Shown here in pieces: positions 36,701 to 49,200 of a stretch of 64,000 bases of DNA (positions are counted from its first letter, which is position 1; each line of letters opens with the position of its first letter). Origin of the DNA: Paraspadella gotoi (Eukaryota; Animalia; Chaetognatha); NCBI GenBank assembly GCA_051294375.1, contig CM119263.1, forward strand, positions 31,132,949 to 31,196,948, in the 5' to 3' direction. Both the position numbers and the translations under genes were made by a program. The notes beneath the pieces were generated by a model, which had not been told where the DNA came from, did not search any database, and saw nothing but the letters and a program-made list of their open reading frames with translations.

Positions 36701-38803
36701 TTGCGTCGAAACTTCATTGAATTGGCATCCGTGGGAAAATATCCAAGTTGTTTCCATACACGATGTACACCGTCTGCCGAGAAGCCCAAGAGTAGAACCT
36801 GGAGAAATTCGTGGAGCTACACATTCAGCCCAACCGTCGTTCATTCAATGTGATTTCACTCGAGTGATTTCGTGCGAAGTATGATTGATATGATCCTAAT
36901 TATATCGTCTCTAATTGTTCGTCCATTTATAAATAAAATTTAATTCGCGTGTGACTTGAGAAAACGGCGACGGGAAAAACTTTTGCCCTAAAGGCGTCGT
37001 CGTCTCGTTTTTCGTGCCACAACCGGACGTTTAGTTTTCATTCTTCTTCGATGTCAATCTCCTTCTTTCTTTATTCATCTTTATACTTTCATTTTTCTCC
37101 AGCAACGGAAGGACTTTATGGAGCTGTTGAAGGAGGGGAAGGCCAAGATCGATCGTCATTCTCGTTGGGCCGACGTCAAGAAGGATCTGGACTCGGACGA
37201 GCGATACCTCGCCGTCGAGAGCAGCTCCAGGAGAGAGGACTGGTTCAAAGACTACGTCCGAGATCTGGAGCGAGAGCACAAGCTCAAGGAGCGGGAGAAG
37301 GAGCGAGAGAGAGAGAGGGAGAGAGAGAAGGAGCGAAAGGAGAAGAGGGAGAGAGATAGAGACAGGAGCAGGGACGAGAGGAAAGATCGAAAGAAAGATC
37401 GAAGCCGAAGTCGATCCAAAGGACGATCTCGATCCCGCGACACAGGAGACAAGTCCAGGGAACGATCCAGGGGTAGGACAAAGTCGAAGGAAAGGTCCAG
37501 GGATCGATCCCGCGATAGATCAAAGGACAGGGATAGATCCAAGGAGAGAGATCGTTCGAGGGACAAGTCTAAAGACAGGTCCAGGGACAAGGATCATAAG
37601 GAACACCGGGAGAAGGAACACAAGGAAAAGAAAAAGGAGAAGAAAGAAAAAAAGGACAAGGAACGGAAAGAGGACAAGCACGCGGAAGAAGAGGAAAAAG
37701 AGGACAAGGAAGGAAAGATTGAGAACGGCGAGAAAGAAGAGAAAGAAGAGAAAGAGGACAAGGAGGAACGCGAAGACGGAGAAGATAAGGAAGAGGAGGA
37801 CGACAAGGACAACGAACAAAAGGAGGAAGAGGCGAAGAGGGAAAAGAGAGCGGAGGAAGCGATAAGAAAGAGAGAGGAGGAAGTTAAGCAGACGCTCGCC
37901 GGAAGTCTGAGCGAGAGGGACAAGGAAAGGGAGATTCATAAACACGACGAAGCTGTGCAGCACTTCAACGCCCTCTTGGTCGATTTGGTGAGTTTGGGTA
38001 ATTGGGTGATGGGGGAGAAACGTTTGTCATTATGGATGGGTTTTGTTGGGTCCAGATTCGAACAGCGGACCTCTCGTGGCGAGACGCCAAACGCGTCCTT
38101 CGCAAAGATCAGCGCTGGGATTTGGTGGAGACGCTCGACCGCGAGGAGAAGGAGAAGCTCTACGACGCCCACGTTGAGGTCCTCAACAAGAAGAAGAAGG
38201 CCTCTTATCACGAGCTGCTGCAAGAGACGACAGAGGTCACGCTGACCGCCTCTTGGAAGGACGTCAAAAAAGCCATCAAGAACGATCCCAGATTCGAAAA
38301 GTTTTCATCCAGCGATCGGGTAAGTAGTTTGTCTTCATTTATTTATTTGTATTAATATTTATTAAAAGTTTCATTATTAATTCGTCAGAAACGCGAGCGA
38401 GAATTCAACGAATACCAGAAAGAGAAACTCATCGGCGCCAAAGGAGATTTGCGGAATTTGCTGATGGAGACGAAATCTTTGACTCACAAGACGAAAGAGT
38501 CTATCGATTCCAATGAACAATCGTTGAAGGACATCGAAAACATTTTATCGGTGATGAAAAACATGTACTTGTTTCAATTCAATTTTCTATTTTTCACTTA
38601 ACAATTAATCTTTTCCTACAAAGAACGATCAACGATATCTGATGCTTGAATTCCTCGGCGACGAACGCAAAGATCTCATCGTCCGCTACATCGACGAGCT
38701 CGCTGAACGCGGACCCCCGCCGCCCCCTACCGCCTCAGAGCCGCAGCGCAGTAGCCTTGGCGGCAAAGTCGGAGGTGGTTCCGGCGGCTGGCAGCCGGTG
38801 TAG
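27760..38803 (+). CDS. TCERG1: Transcription elongation regulator 1 (CA150): three WW domains plus FF repeats
   Basis: WW1 [26 protein letters not shown]; WW2 [26 protein letters not shown]; WW3 [22 protein letters not shown]; [20 protein letters not shown]; C-terminal [11 protein letters not shown]. Confidence 0.96.
27957..28075. repeat. Short interspersed repeat, copy 1 (related to 51657-51810)
   Basis: Shared blocks tatcttgccc, aaggcc, tccctcttacgag, tggcttccc, aatgaag.ggtat in the same order. Confidence 0.7.
28076..28190 (-). mobile_element. TRIM-family LTR fragment
   Basis: tatggcac...ttgcctgtgatgcccatt...gaccctcagtgacgcctcctgtcactggcacggttaccctaggac aligns to 19775-19890. Confidence 0.8.
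30480..30930. repeat. Pyrimidine-rich minisatellite (about 30-45-bp unit) in a TCERG1 intron
   Basis: Recurrent ctccgacggttcgtttcaactcttctttctccttc units. Confidence 0.85.
34480..34720. repeat. 18-bp pyrimidine tandem repeat in a TCERG1 intron
   Basis: (ttctattttttctttcct)n-like units. Confidence 0.85.
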
Positions 38804-39754
38804 CCCGCCGACGCCGCCGGCACCCTAAATGGGCGTCTTCGAGAAAAATGCTTAATTAGAAAAACTGTTGATGTGTGGAACGTGGAATATAAAATTTTCC
38901 TGTACAGGTAGCTATTCGTTTTTATGCCCATGCGATTGCCAAGGTGAGAATTTTTTTTTTTTTTTTTTGGTATTATAGAATTCGGTTACGCTAATTTTGG
39001 CGATTTGAATGTCGTTTCAGCTATATTACTTTTCGTCATGCATAGGTTGCAAAATCAATTTGTTTCAATTGTGTTTAAGGTAAGTAAATATTTAACGATT
39101 AAATTTCTTGCTGATTATTAAAGATAGTTGTAAACTGTTAAGTATAGCTGTTTTGATGTTTTTGCTTCGCGTTAATATACTTTTTGTGTCACGACAGCAT
39201 TTCGTAGTTTTGTTCGATTTATTTTATAGTTAGAAAAATAACAAAAAAGTTATATTTCGATAAAAGATTATTATTATATCTTTCTTGGCACTTAGAAGAC
39301 TACGAAGTAAGATTTATTCAACTATAATTTTAAAAATTTTAAAAAATGAAGAAAAATTATAAAAGCGATTTCTTTTTATGGTAGTATATTTATTCTGAAT
39401 AAAGTTAGGTTGATTAATAAGTATACCTAAATAATTTCGGGTAATAAATTGTTTGAAAATTAAAATGAGTAGGTGTAGTGATAAAGGAGCAAGTTAATGG
39501 GATTTGAGTACTGGGCTTGTTCTTTTGTTTTAAAAGTCACAAAGGTCTTTTTTTCAAAAGTACATGTATTTATGTAAAAAAAAATTTGTCGTTACGACAG
39601 CTACATCTCTTTTTTTGGGTTTTTATTGTTCCCATTAATAATGGCATTATGTCTCAATCCCCTTCTCTTGAACTGTTCCCCGACCGACAGCGCCGAATTC
39701 CCCTCCCGCCATAAACGGCCATTTTTGATTTATCCCGCGTTTGATATTCTCGCT

Positions 39755-39825
39755 TCTGATTGGTCGAAGAAACCTCGGCTTCGATTCTCGCCGCACCAAT
39801 CAGAGACTGAGTAGAGTATAATAAA
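39755..39825 (+). promoter_or_regulatory. Candidate promoter: inverted CCAAT pair plus TATA-like box upstream of LAMTOR1
   Basis: tctgATTGGt (39759-39763), aCCAATcaga (39796-39800), tataataaa (39817-39825). Could instead be a transposon subterminal inverted repeat. Confidence 0.35.
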
Positions 39826-40351
39826 GAAGAGGAAGATGAATCCGCCTCGCGATGTCAAAGACGACGACGTTTAAAAACGACATTGAAATTGTAGCTGATT
39901 CTGCTTTTGTAAACCGTATATTAGTTGTTTATTTCGGTCTTATTTAATTCTTTTATATTTCGCTTTTAATGTGAAGTGAATCCCTGAGTTCATTCATCCT
40001 TTATCCGCTTCTTTTTACGGTCTCCACGACTTTTTCTTCTTTTTCCGTTTCGGGAGAAACTACATATAATTTTGTCTCTCCAACTGTCAGGACCCGCTGT
40101 CTCGTCAGAAAACTGTTAATAAATTAATAAATTTAAATGTTTGGGTTTTTTTTTTCAGACGTCATCCTTTATAGGTTATAACTGCGATTTAATATCGAAA
40201 AAGAATTTCTTCATTGTTAACTTTAAATTCCCGCGCGTCATGACCGACTGACGCCTGCGTAATTCGAAGACGCCCGGAGCAAAAAGTGAGTTTTCCTCCC
40301 GTCCCGTGACGCCGTCACCCTCTGGCGTCGCTCTTCTTTTTTTTTCCAAAA

Positions 40352-41131
40352 ATGGGCAACTGCTGCGACCGATTCGAGGAGCACAGCATCTACGACGACT
40401 CTGACCAGGAGAGGCGCCCTCTGCTTCACGACGAGGGCGTGGCCAGGTCCGAGGCCAGGAGCGTCAGTCCCGGAGCCGCCAAAGACAGCTACGGCGACTC
40501 CAGCGCTCACGGCGCCAGAGAGAAGAGGAGCGATGAGCAGACGGCGCTTAATCGAATCCTGCAGAACACGGCCGATCAGGTATGGCCCACCACGATTTGC
40601 CCTTTATAACTTAAAAAAAAAATTACTAAAAGTTGTTACCTAACCCTAATTTATGGTGATAATAACGATAATTTAAAAAGATTAGTGAGTAAAGACTACT
40701 TTGTTCCTGCTCTTTATTCACAAAAAAAATGAAAATAAGCGGTGGAAAAACAAATAATAATTCATTTCACACGTTAATTTTCCAAACAAATGAAACAAAA
40801 TTTAATGAAACATAGTTACTTCCAAATCGTTTAGGTAATCGACGTCGGTACAATCGATTCTCGCGGCCTCGAACAACGCGACTACATGGACCGCGCCCGC
40901 CAGTACAGCGCCCGCTTGGCCCTCTCCGTCAAGCCGCCCCCTTTCCTTCAGCCCGCCAACCCGATCGGGCGTATGTCCTGTACCAACTCCCCGTCCACCT
41001 GCCTCGCCGCTCCGCCCCCGCCCGATCACGTGGTCGCCTTCGTGCTCGGCCTCTCGCAAAACTGTTCCGAGTCGATCAGGGACATCGTGGTCACTCACCA
41101 GGAGGAGCTCGTCGTGCCCTTTGGGATTTGA
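40352..41131 (+). CDS. LAMTOR1: Ragulator complex protein LAMTOR1 (p18), 2 exons
   Basis: MGNCC lipidation start, ERRPLL dileucine motif, DEQTALNRILQNTADQVIDV, C-terminal EELVVPFG; exons 40352-40579 and 40835-41131. Confidence 0.93.
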
Positions 41132-41718
41132 CGCCTCGTTGTTACGTGTTGCGGTAAAGAGGGAGACATTTTACGACTCTTTTACTTCTCTCACGAGACG
41201 AATATTCCACTACGCGTCAAATGTTTTTTAGTTTTTTCGTCGATCAAATTCGCAAATTAAAATTCTTCGTTTTGATAAATTGTTTCTTTCTGGTTTTTGG
41301 GCTGCGCCTGATTCTTCCAGCTCCCATTTTTCCCTCTTGACGATTCTTTCTTTCCCAAATAACTCCACCAAAGCCCTTTCCTTCTTTCTCGTTGAATCAT
41401 GAACTTTTCCCGTTATAAAATTGATATAAAAATAGTTAGTCGGAGTTTTTGAGATTTTTAAATTTTAAAAATAGAAATCTTTATCTTCCAATTTTGTCAT
41501 CGGTTCCCTTTTTTTTTTTTGTTTTTTTTTTTTTCAAATTGAAAACAGATTACTGGTTCTCATGGAAAAGGACGAAGTTGAAATTATACACGATGTTATC
41601 CTTTCGGCATCCGTATGAAATTGCAAAAATAAAATCTGTTCTAGTCTCGTTTCTGTAAATTATTTTCAGATATTGAAATTTAAAAAATATTGTAACAAGA
41701 AAAAAGAAAAAGAAAAAA

Positions 41719-44700
41719 ATGGCGGACGGGGACGTAGATCTTTACGGCGACGATTTGGCCGAAGACGATTATCAAATGAAATCGGAAAGTAAGAAAATTA
41801 TATTGTATGAAAATTTGCAAAATGCAAATTACTTGTTTCACTATTTTCTATTTTTATATTTTATGAAGGATTGAGTATATAATCTATATTATTTAAACAA
41901 ATATATATTGCTTTTTTTCTTAATTTTTTTTTTATCATTATATCTAATAACTCAATTTGGGAAGGGGAAGTCGGTGTTGTCTTCTGGAAATAGAAGGAGT
42001 ATGGCAACGGGAGGATAGCCTGTGATACCCGGGGCGCGGGGTATCTCACCAACTGGCGTAGGGGCTGCGGACCCTCAGTGACCGCCTCCTGTCACTGGCA
42101 TGTTTATACCGGCACCGTCACATTTAAGCCAGAACCGGGATACCCAGGGATTGAACCCGGGACGCACGGATGGAATGAGATGATTTAGCCTGCTCAGCCA
42201 TTGAGACGAGGCTGAGGACGGACAGCAGTGAGGCAGCTTTTTAAGTCTTGCTGCCACAGGATCCCCCACCAGACTTCTCCACAGGGGCCTCAATCCTGAG
42301 GAGATGTCTGAGAGAAGGTTTTGATCTCATTGCCATAGTGAGAGCGAGCGGGCGAGCGAGCGAGCGAGTCTGGAGCGTTACCAGAGAAGTAGGGCATAGG
42401 CGTGATATGCATACCCTAAGCGATGTAAGCGTGGGCGCACGGTGCGCAGCGGTTGCGTGTTCGAGAGTCGGGCTCACCACTTATGGCAACGGGAGGATAG
42501 CCTGTGATACCCGGGGCGCGGGGTATCTCACCAACTGGCGTAGGGCTGCGGACCCTCAGTGACCGCCTCCTGTCACTGGCATGTTTATACCGGCACCGTC
42601 ACATTTAAGCCAGAACCGGGATACCCAGGGATTGAACCCGGGACGCACGGATGGAATGAGATGATTTAGCCTGCTCAGCCATTGAGACGAGGCTGAGGAC
42701 GGACAGCAGTGAGGCAGCTTTTTAAGTCTTGGCTGCCACAGGAGCCTCTATAATTGTGACAACCTTTATGAAATACATTTTCGCCCTTGAGGAAACGAAG
42801 GGGATCAAAATGGCGGCGAAGATTTGTACGACGACGTCTTGACGACGCCGGCTTCGCAGCCGCCGCCCGCCGAAGAGCCCAAGCCTGCGCCGGCGCCCTC
42901 CGTCCCGCCGCTGCTCATGGCCACGCCCATCAATCCGCCCACGGTGTCGTCGTCGCCGAGCGGACATCAGAACTCGCCGAGTGTCCAATCCGGACAAACG
43001 CAGGGAAAACGATTCTCGCTTTATATCGGTATGTCGAGGATACGGGATTTCATCTTTGACCTGGATATAATACTCTCTCTCTCTCTCTCTCAGGCAACCT
43101 GACCTGGTGGACGACTGACCAAGACTTAATCGACGCCATCAACTCTTTGCGCGTCAACGATTTGTTGGAGATCAAGTTTCACGAGAATCGAGTCAACGGA
43201 CAATCAAAAGGCTTCGCTATGGTCGCTTTCAGGTTTTGATTAAATTTCAAGACTTTATTATTAACAATATAAATCATATTAATAAGTATTTGCTAACTAT
43301 TACCAGCACGGACGCGAGCGCCAAGAAGGTGATGGAACAACTGCCCAAGATGGAATTACACAACCAGAATCCCGTTGTCACGTGAGTAGATTTGACGAAG
43401 TGAACGACCAAAACGATGACGAAAACGACGACGACGAAGTGAACGACCAAAACGATGAAATGGACGACGTCTGCAACTTTTCTCTTCTTTAATCAGATTC
43501 GTGAATCGATCTGCGCTGAAGCAGTTTGAAGACGCAGCACCGAGTCGTCCCGATCCTCCGCCGCAGCATTACGACAACCGCGGCCGCAGCAGCGATAGGT
43601 AAGTGCATTTTATTCTTCCTCTCTCTCTCTCTCTCATTCTTCGCGTTTCATCTTTCAGGAACGAAAACGGAAGCGGCGCCTCCAACTCTGGCTACCGCAG
43701 CTCGAGTCAGCAGCCACCGCCGCCGCTGTCCTCAGTGGCGCCTCCATTGTCGGGTCCTCCGCCTTTGGTGAGGCCTCCGTTGCAGGTAAGTCGCATCGAC
43801 ATTAATCCTTACCTTTTCTTCGCAGTCGATAAGTTCCTTCCATTCCTCCTCAAGCCGGGTTTTCATCCTTCCTCCGGGATGCCACCCGGTCTTCGCCCCG
43901 GTCTTCCTCCTCCGGGCGCACTCCCTCCGGGGATGAGGCCACACGTTCCTCCACCGGGAATGCCCGGCGCTCCGCCCGGTCTCCCTCCATCTCGAGGTCC
44001 GCCTCCGGCCGGCGCCCTTCCGCCGGGCTTCGTCCCGCGCCCCGGGATCGGCATGCCCGGCCTTCCGCCCGTCTCCGGCGCGCCGCCGCAGTTTCTACGC
44101 GGTCCGCCTCCCGGCGCTCATCTGCAGCCGACACAGCTGCAGCATCGACCGCACGGACTCCCGCCGCCGGGAATGCCGCACCCGCAGCCGCCGCCGGGCG
44201 GATTTCCTCACGGATCCATCGCTCCGGGTTAGTCGAGTCGATGGGGCGATTTTTTTTGTGCGTCGGTGATTTCACGTTGTTATCCGATTCTTTCCTTTCA
44301 GGCGGACACTCTCAGCCACCAGGCCTCCGTCCTCCAGGACCAGGGGCTCCTCCCATGACGTTGCCGCAAGTGGGCGCTCCGCAGCCTCACATAAACCCCG
44401 CGTTCCTGCCCCCGAGGGGACCAGGCGTGCCGCACGGGTCTCTTCCCGGGGCAGGCCCCTCCTCGCATCCGCCGCCGTTCGGCGTCAGACCTGGAGCCCC
44501 GCCTGTCGGCTACCCCGGAGCTCCTGGCCTGGCACCGGCCTTCCAAGGGGATCAGGCGGCCGCCGCGGCGCCGCCGATGTCCGAGTCGGAGATGGAGGAG
44601 CATCTGCAGAGAAACAAGCAGGTGTCGTCCAACGCCATCTCTAGGGCCGTTCAGGTTCGTTTCTTGTTCGAGGGCGACCTTTATTTTTATTTTTTATTTT

Positions 44701-45663
44701 TTATTTTATTATTTATTTTAATATTTATTGTGATGGTCGGAATTGACAGGACGCGTCCGCGGGTGACTACGCTTCGGCCATCGAGACTTTGGTCACAGCC
44801 ATTTCACTTATCAAGCAATCCAAGGTCGCGCAAGATGACAGGTAATTAATCTCTTCAAGTATTTATAGTAGTAGTTCCGTCATTTTCCTATATTCCATTG
44901 CGATTAAGTTTTTTTTTTTTTTTTTTCAATCCAGATGCAAAATTTTGATCTCATCCTTGCAAGACACTCTGCAAGGAATAGAATCTAGATCCTACGGAGC
45001 CAAACACCGAAGCAGGTAACGCATTAAAAAAAAATTAAAAAGGCTGGATTGTATTTCTTTTAAATCATTTTTTGATCAATACCTGTGTCGGATACCTGGA
45101 CAATACCTGGACAATCTTATGGACTTCAAACTTACCGATTCATAATATTATTAACCATTGTTTATTTGATTCGTGTTGTTTATATTTGTTTCCCTTTTAG
45201 CTCCCTCTAACACCTGGTTAATATTTCATTAATTATTACTTAATTAATACTTAATAAAAAAAAACTTGATCTCTTTCAGATCCCCAGTGGAATCGGAACG
45301 ACGTGAGAAACGCGATAAATCTTCTCGATCTCGACGAGAAAGATCTCGATCTCGCGAACGAGGTCATCGCGAACACAGAGAGCGACAGGGTGAGCGACGA
45401 CGTTGAATCGGAGATACAAATGGAAATCCGCTCGCGAACTTGCTTTTTATCATATTGTACGTTTAATATTGGATATCGGTTATTTAGATTTTTAACCATT
45501 GGTCCGAGAAAATCTGTAATCTGGTTGCGAAGGAATGAATTTTATTCACAATCTTTGACTTTTTTCAGGCGAGTATCGCGAGCGCTCGCGGGAACGAGAG
45601 CACTATCGCGACGACAGCGAGTCCCGTCATCGCGAGCATCGGGAGAGAGAGAGAAGGCATTAA
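41719..45663 (+). CDS. CPSF6: Cleavage and polyadenylation specificity factor 6 (CFIm68)
   Basis: [37 protein letters not shown]...[15 protein letters not shown], Pro-rich region, [28 protein letters not shown] tail. Confidence 0.95.
42000..42740 (-). mobile_element. TRIM, young copy in CPSF6 intron 1
   Basis: Near-identical LTRs 42000-42258 and 42482-42740; 223-bp internal region; TSD GGAG (41996-41999 and 42741-42744); PBS 42467-42479; PPT next to 42259. Confidence 0.93.
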
Positions 45664-46220
45664 AATTTTAAGATTTCTTTTCACGATCCCACGTTGACCG
45701 ACCGACTAACTCGAGTCGGAATAATTAAGACTTTTTTGTTTTCGTTTTTTTGTTTCTCAGTTTGAAAAAAAAAAAACACTTTTCCTCCAGCCTATTGTAA
45801 ATTTCACCAAATGTTTTATTAAAAGCATAATTGTTTTTACCACGAAATGAACGCCTCTAATAGCGATTTGTTTTTTGGTACGTCTAGTTGCATTAAGAAT
45901 CAATTCGAAACGGAATATTGGATAGTTGGTCATTGAAGATTACAAAACTTCTCACATGAAAAATCGCCATAAACTTAATACGGAATTTAACCGTGTCTGA
46001 TGCGCGGCAACAACCTTAACAACGTATACTCAAACCAAAAAAGAATCGTTTTTAATCTTTGGAAGTTCAAAACTGTCGTTTCCATCCATTTGCAACTTTT
46101 TAAAAATATCTCCGTGTTTCCGCGATTGTTTGTTTAAAATTACATTTCGAATCGCTTTATTTTTTCGTAGCCTTCCGTCCATAACGAGATTGATCGTCAA
46201 ATGACTCGGACGCGGTCGCG

Positions 46221-49200
46221 ATGCGTCATCAAATCTTCGTCGTCTGCGACGTGACGCGTCCGCCCGTCCGTCTCCTTCCCCGTGATTCCTCCTCCTCCGA
46301 CGACGCCATCTTGTCCGCCGTCGTCTCCGTCGCCGACGTCAACGATGGACAAATCGTCGCCTTCGCGCGTCTAATCGACGACGACGACGATCTCGACGTC
46401 GCCCTTCGCCTCAAATTCAAACAACGAGATGTCGCTCTGGGTCGACTCTCTCGATGGAGCAGATGCTTGACGTGGGAGGGAGACGCGTTGAAGGCGTCGA
46501 GCGAAGATGAGGAAGAAGATGACGAGGTTACGATTTATTGCGTTTGTCAGGAGGAGGAGGAGGAGGAGGAGGAGAAGCCGAAGGTGAGGTCAAGGGTAAC
46601 TTTAGTAGAGGGGAAATTTGACCTTTGGGGTTTTTTGGCTCAAAAATTTCGACGTGGCCTAACTCGCTCTTGTTTCCCTTTCAAATTCACAGATGGGCTC
46701 ATTATGAATCATCAAATTATTAATTTATTATTTGTCCAATCTAAATTTCCAGGAAGTGACTAAAGAAAATTCAACCCCGACGACGACGACAATGACGACC
46801 ACGAAGTCTTCCTTCAAGAGAAAACGCTCCGTCCTCTCCACCGTCAACGATAAAGAGGATGAGACGGAGTCCCAGTCAGATCCCTCCACCACTCCGCCCG
46901 CCTCCGCTCCAAAGAAAGCCAAAGCCGCTCAAACTCCTCGTGGCAGAAAGCCCAAAGTCAACGGCGGAACACCCAAGACGCCAAAGACGCCCAAGACTCT
47001 TAAAACGCCCAAGACTCCGAAGACTCCCAAGACTCCTTCTCAGTTGAAAACATCGGGAAAGGTCTACAACCCCAACACCGTCTCGGGATGCTTCCTCAAC
47101 ATGCTCCTGGCCAAGTCGTCCGCGGCCGACGACTCTGAAGATGCGATGGATGAGAAGAATCTTCATCCGACGGCGACGTCGCCCGCGCACGCTGAGGCGC
47201 CATCCGAAGGCAAAGACGGTGCCAAGGAAGCAAAGAGCGAAAAGGCGCCGCCGACGCCGCGAATGGACAAAGACAAACAAAAAACCGATATCGTCAAAAC
47301 AGAATCCGCCGTGCCGAGTGATTGCGGCGCCAAAATAGAGAAGGCGTCGGGGAAAGAAAAAGACGCCCCGATGGTGGAGAAGGCGCCGTCGAGAAACAAA
47401 GAGGGCGTTAAGGAGACGAAGGTGGAAAAGGCGCCGGGGACCAAGTTTTTGGTTCAAGCTTTGTTGGGCGACGATTCCGACGGTGAAGAGAAAAAGGAGG
47501 GGGAGAAGGCGGAAGAAGATTCGTGTGAGGTCAGTTGACAAAGAATGATTAACCCAGTTTTCCCATTTATTTCATTGATTTCATTTCTTTTCCCTTTTTT
47601 TTCGCCCACAGTTCCGCATCCTCTCCTCCACAGTCCTCACTCCATCGCCCACAGTCCGTTGGGGCCACAGTCAGTGCTTCGTCTCTTCCCCCTCTGGTAG
47701 TCACGTGGTCGTCGTCGGTGGACAGACGATCAAGAGCGCCTTCTGCCGCGACGCCGCTTGGCTCTTCGATCCCGGATTCGGAGAGTGGGAGGCGTTGGAG
47801 ACCGGCGCCGCCGGATCCCAGGTATCTTGAGTGGGAGTGGGGTTGGTTTGTTATTTGCTTTGAAGGGGAAAAGGGGAAAAAAGAATCATTTTTAGTGAAG
47901 AAATGGAAAAGTTAGGTATTTATTATCCTCCCTCGCTGACAAAGTATTAATCTACTATCTAGGAAAAAAGTATATCACACTTGAGGGGTATTGAAGGCGT
48001 GAGGAAATAGAAAAAAAAATAATAGTATATTTCGCGAAGAGTAAAAATTAAAGAATATATTGTGGCAGCAAGACTTAAAGCTGCCTCACTGAAACTGTCC
48101 GTCCTCAGCCTCGTCTCAATGGCTGAGCAGGCTAAATCTTCTCATTCCATCCGTGCGTCCCGGGTTCAATCCCTGGTATCCCGGTTCTGGCTTAAATGTG
48201 ACGGTGCCGGTATAAACATGCCAGTGACAGGAGGCGGTCACTGAAGGTCCGCAGCCCCTACGCCAGTTAGTGAGATACCCCGCGCCCCGGGTATCACAGG
48301 CTATCCTCCCGTTGCCATAAGTGGTGAGCCCTACTCTCGAACACGCAACCACTGCGCACCGTGCGCCCACGCTTACGTCGCTTAGGGTATGCATATCACG
48401 CCTATGCCCTACTTCTCTGGTAACGCTCCAGACTCGCTCGCTCGCTCGCCCGCTCGCTCTCACTATGGCAATGAGATCAAAACCTTCTCTCAGACATCTC
48501 CTCAGGATTGAGGCCCCTGTGGAGAAGTCTGGTGGGGGATCCTGTGGCAGCAAGACTTAAAGCTGCCTCACTGCTGTCCGTCCTCAGCCTCGTCTCAATG
48601 GCTGAGCAGGCTAAATCTTTTCATTCCATCCGTGCGTCCCGGGTTCAATCCTTGGGTATCCCGGTTCTGGCTTAAATGTGACGTGCCGGTATAAACATGC
48701 CATGACAGGAGGCGGTCACTGAGGGTCCCAGCCCCTACGCCAGTTGGTGATATACCCCGCGCCCCGGGTATCACAGGCTATCCTCCCGTTGCCATAATAT
48801 CGTTAAACAAAATATACCGAGGGAGGAGGAGGAAGAAAAAAGAGGAAGAAGAAGAGGAGAATGGGACAGCAAGCTAAATCTTCCTCTGTCATATAATTGT
48901 TAATAAAAAATATATAAAACATTGATAAAATATTTTTAATATTTGGTATGCCTTTCCTCGGCATTAATTACTGCTTGCATTTATCTGGGCATGCTTTCAT
49001 ACAGCAAATTGAGGTATGATAGTAAAATATTTTTTTATATCTTAAACGTAATTATTTTCAGCTCTGTTGTGCGTTTTATGTAGATTTGGAAACAATCTGA
49101 TTTTTTTTAAAATCAAACAAGTTTTTGAGTAGATATCCTTTATTAAAAATGTGGTATACTTTTTTCCTAGATAGTAATTCTTATCTTCCTCCTCCGGAAG

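Noticed and set aside
37252-37963. Antisense ORFs over TCERG1
   Set aside because: Shadows of the RS/KE-rich coding exon.
42343-42368. (GAGC)n resembling an AAV Rep-binding element
   Set aside because: Simple tetranucleotide repeat, replaced by (GA)n in the 19.7-kb subfamily; no Rep gene nearby.
42000-42740. Tandem repeat as a hammerhead retrozyme
   Set aside because: CTGAGGA occurs, but no properly placed GAAA and stems could be built. PBS, PPT and TSD explain the element as a TRIM.
48110-48185. Functional tRNA gene
   Set aside because: Only the A/B boxes and a T-arm-like stem are present, with no acceptor stem; it is an integral part of the LTR.
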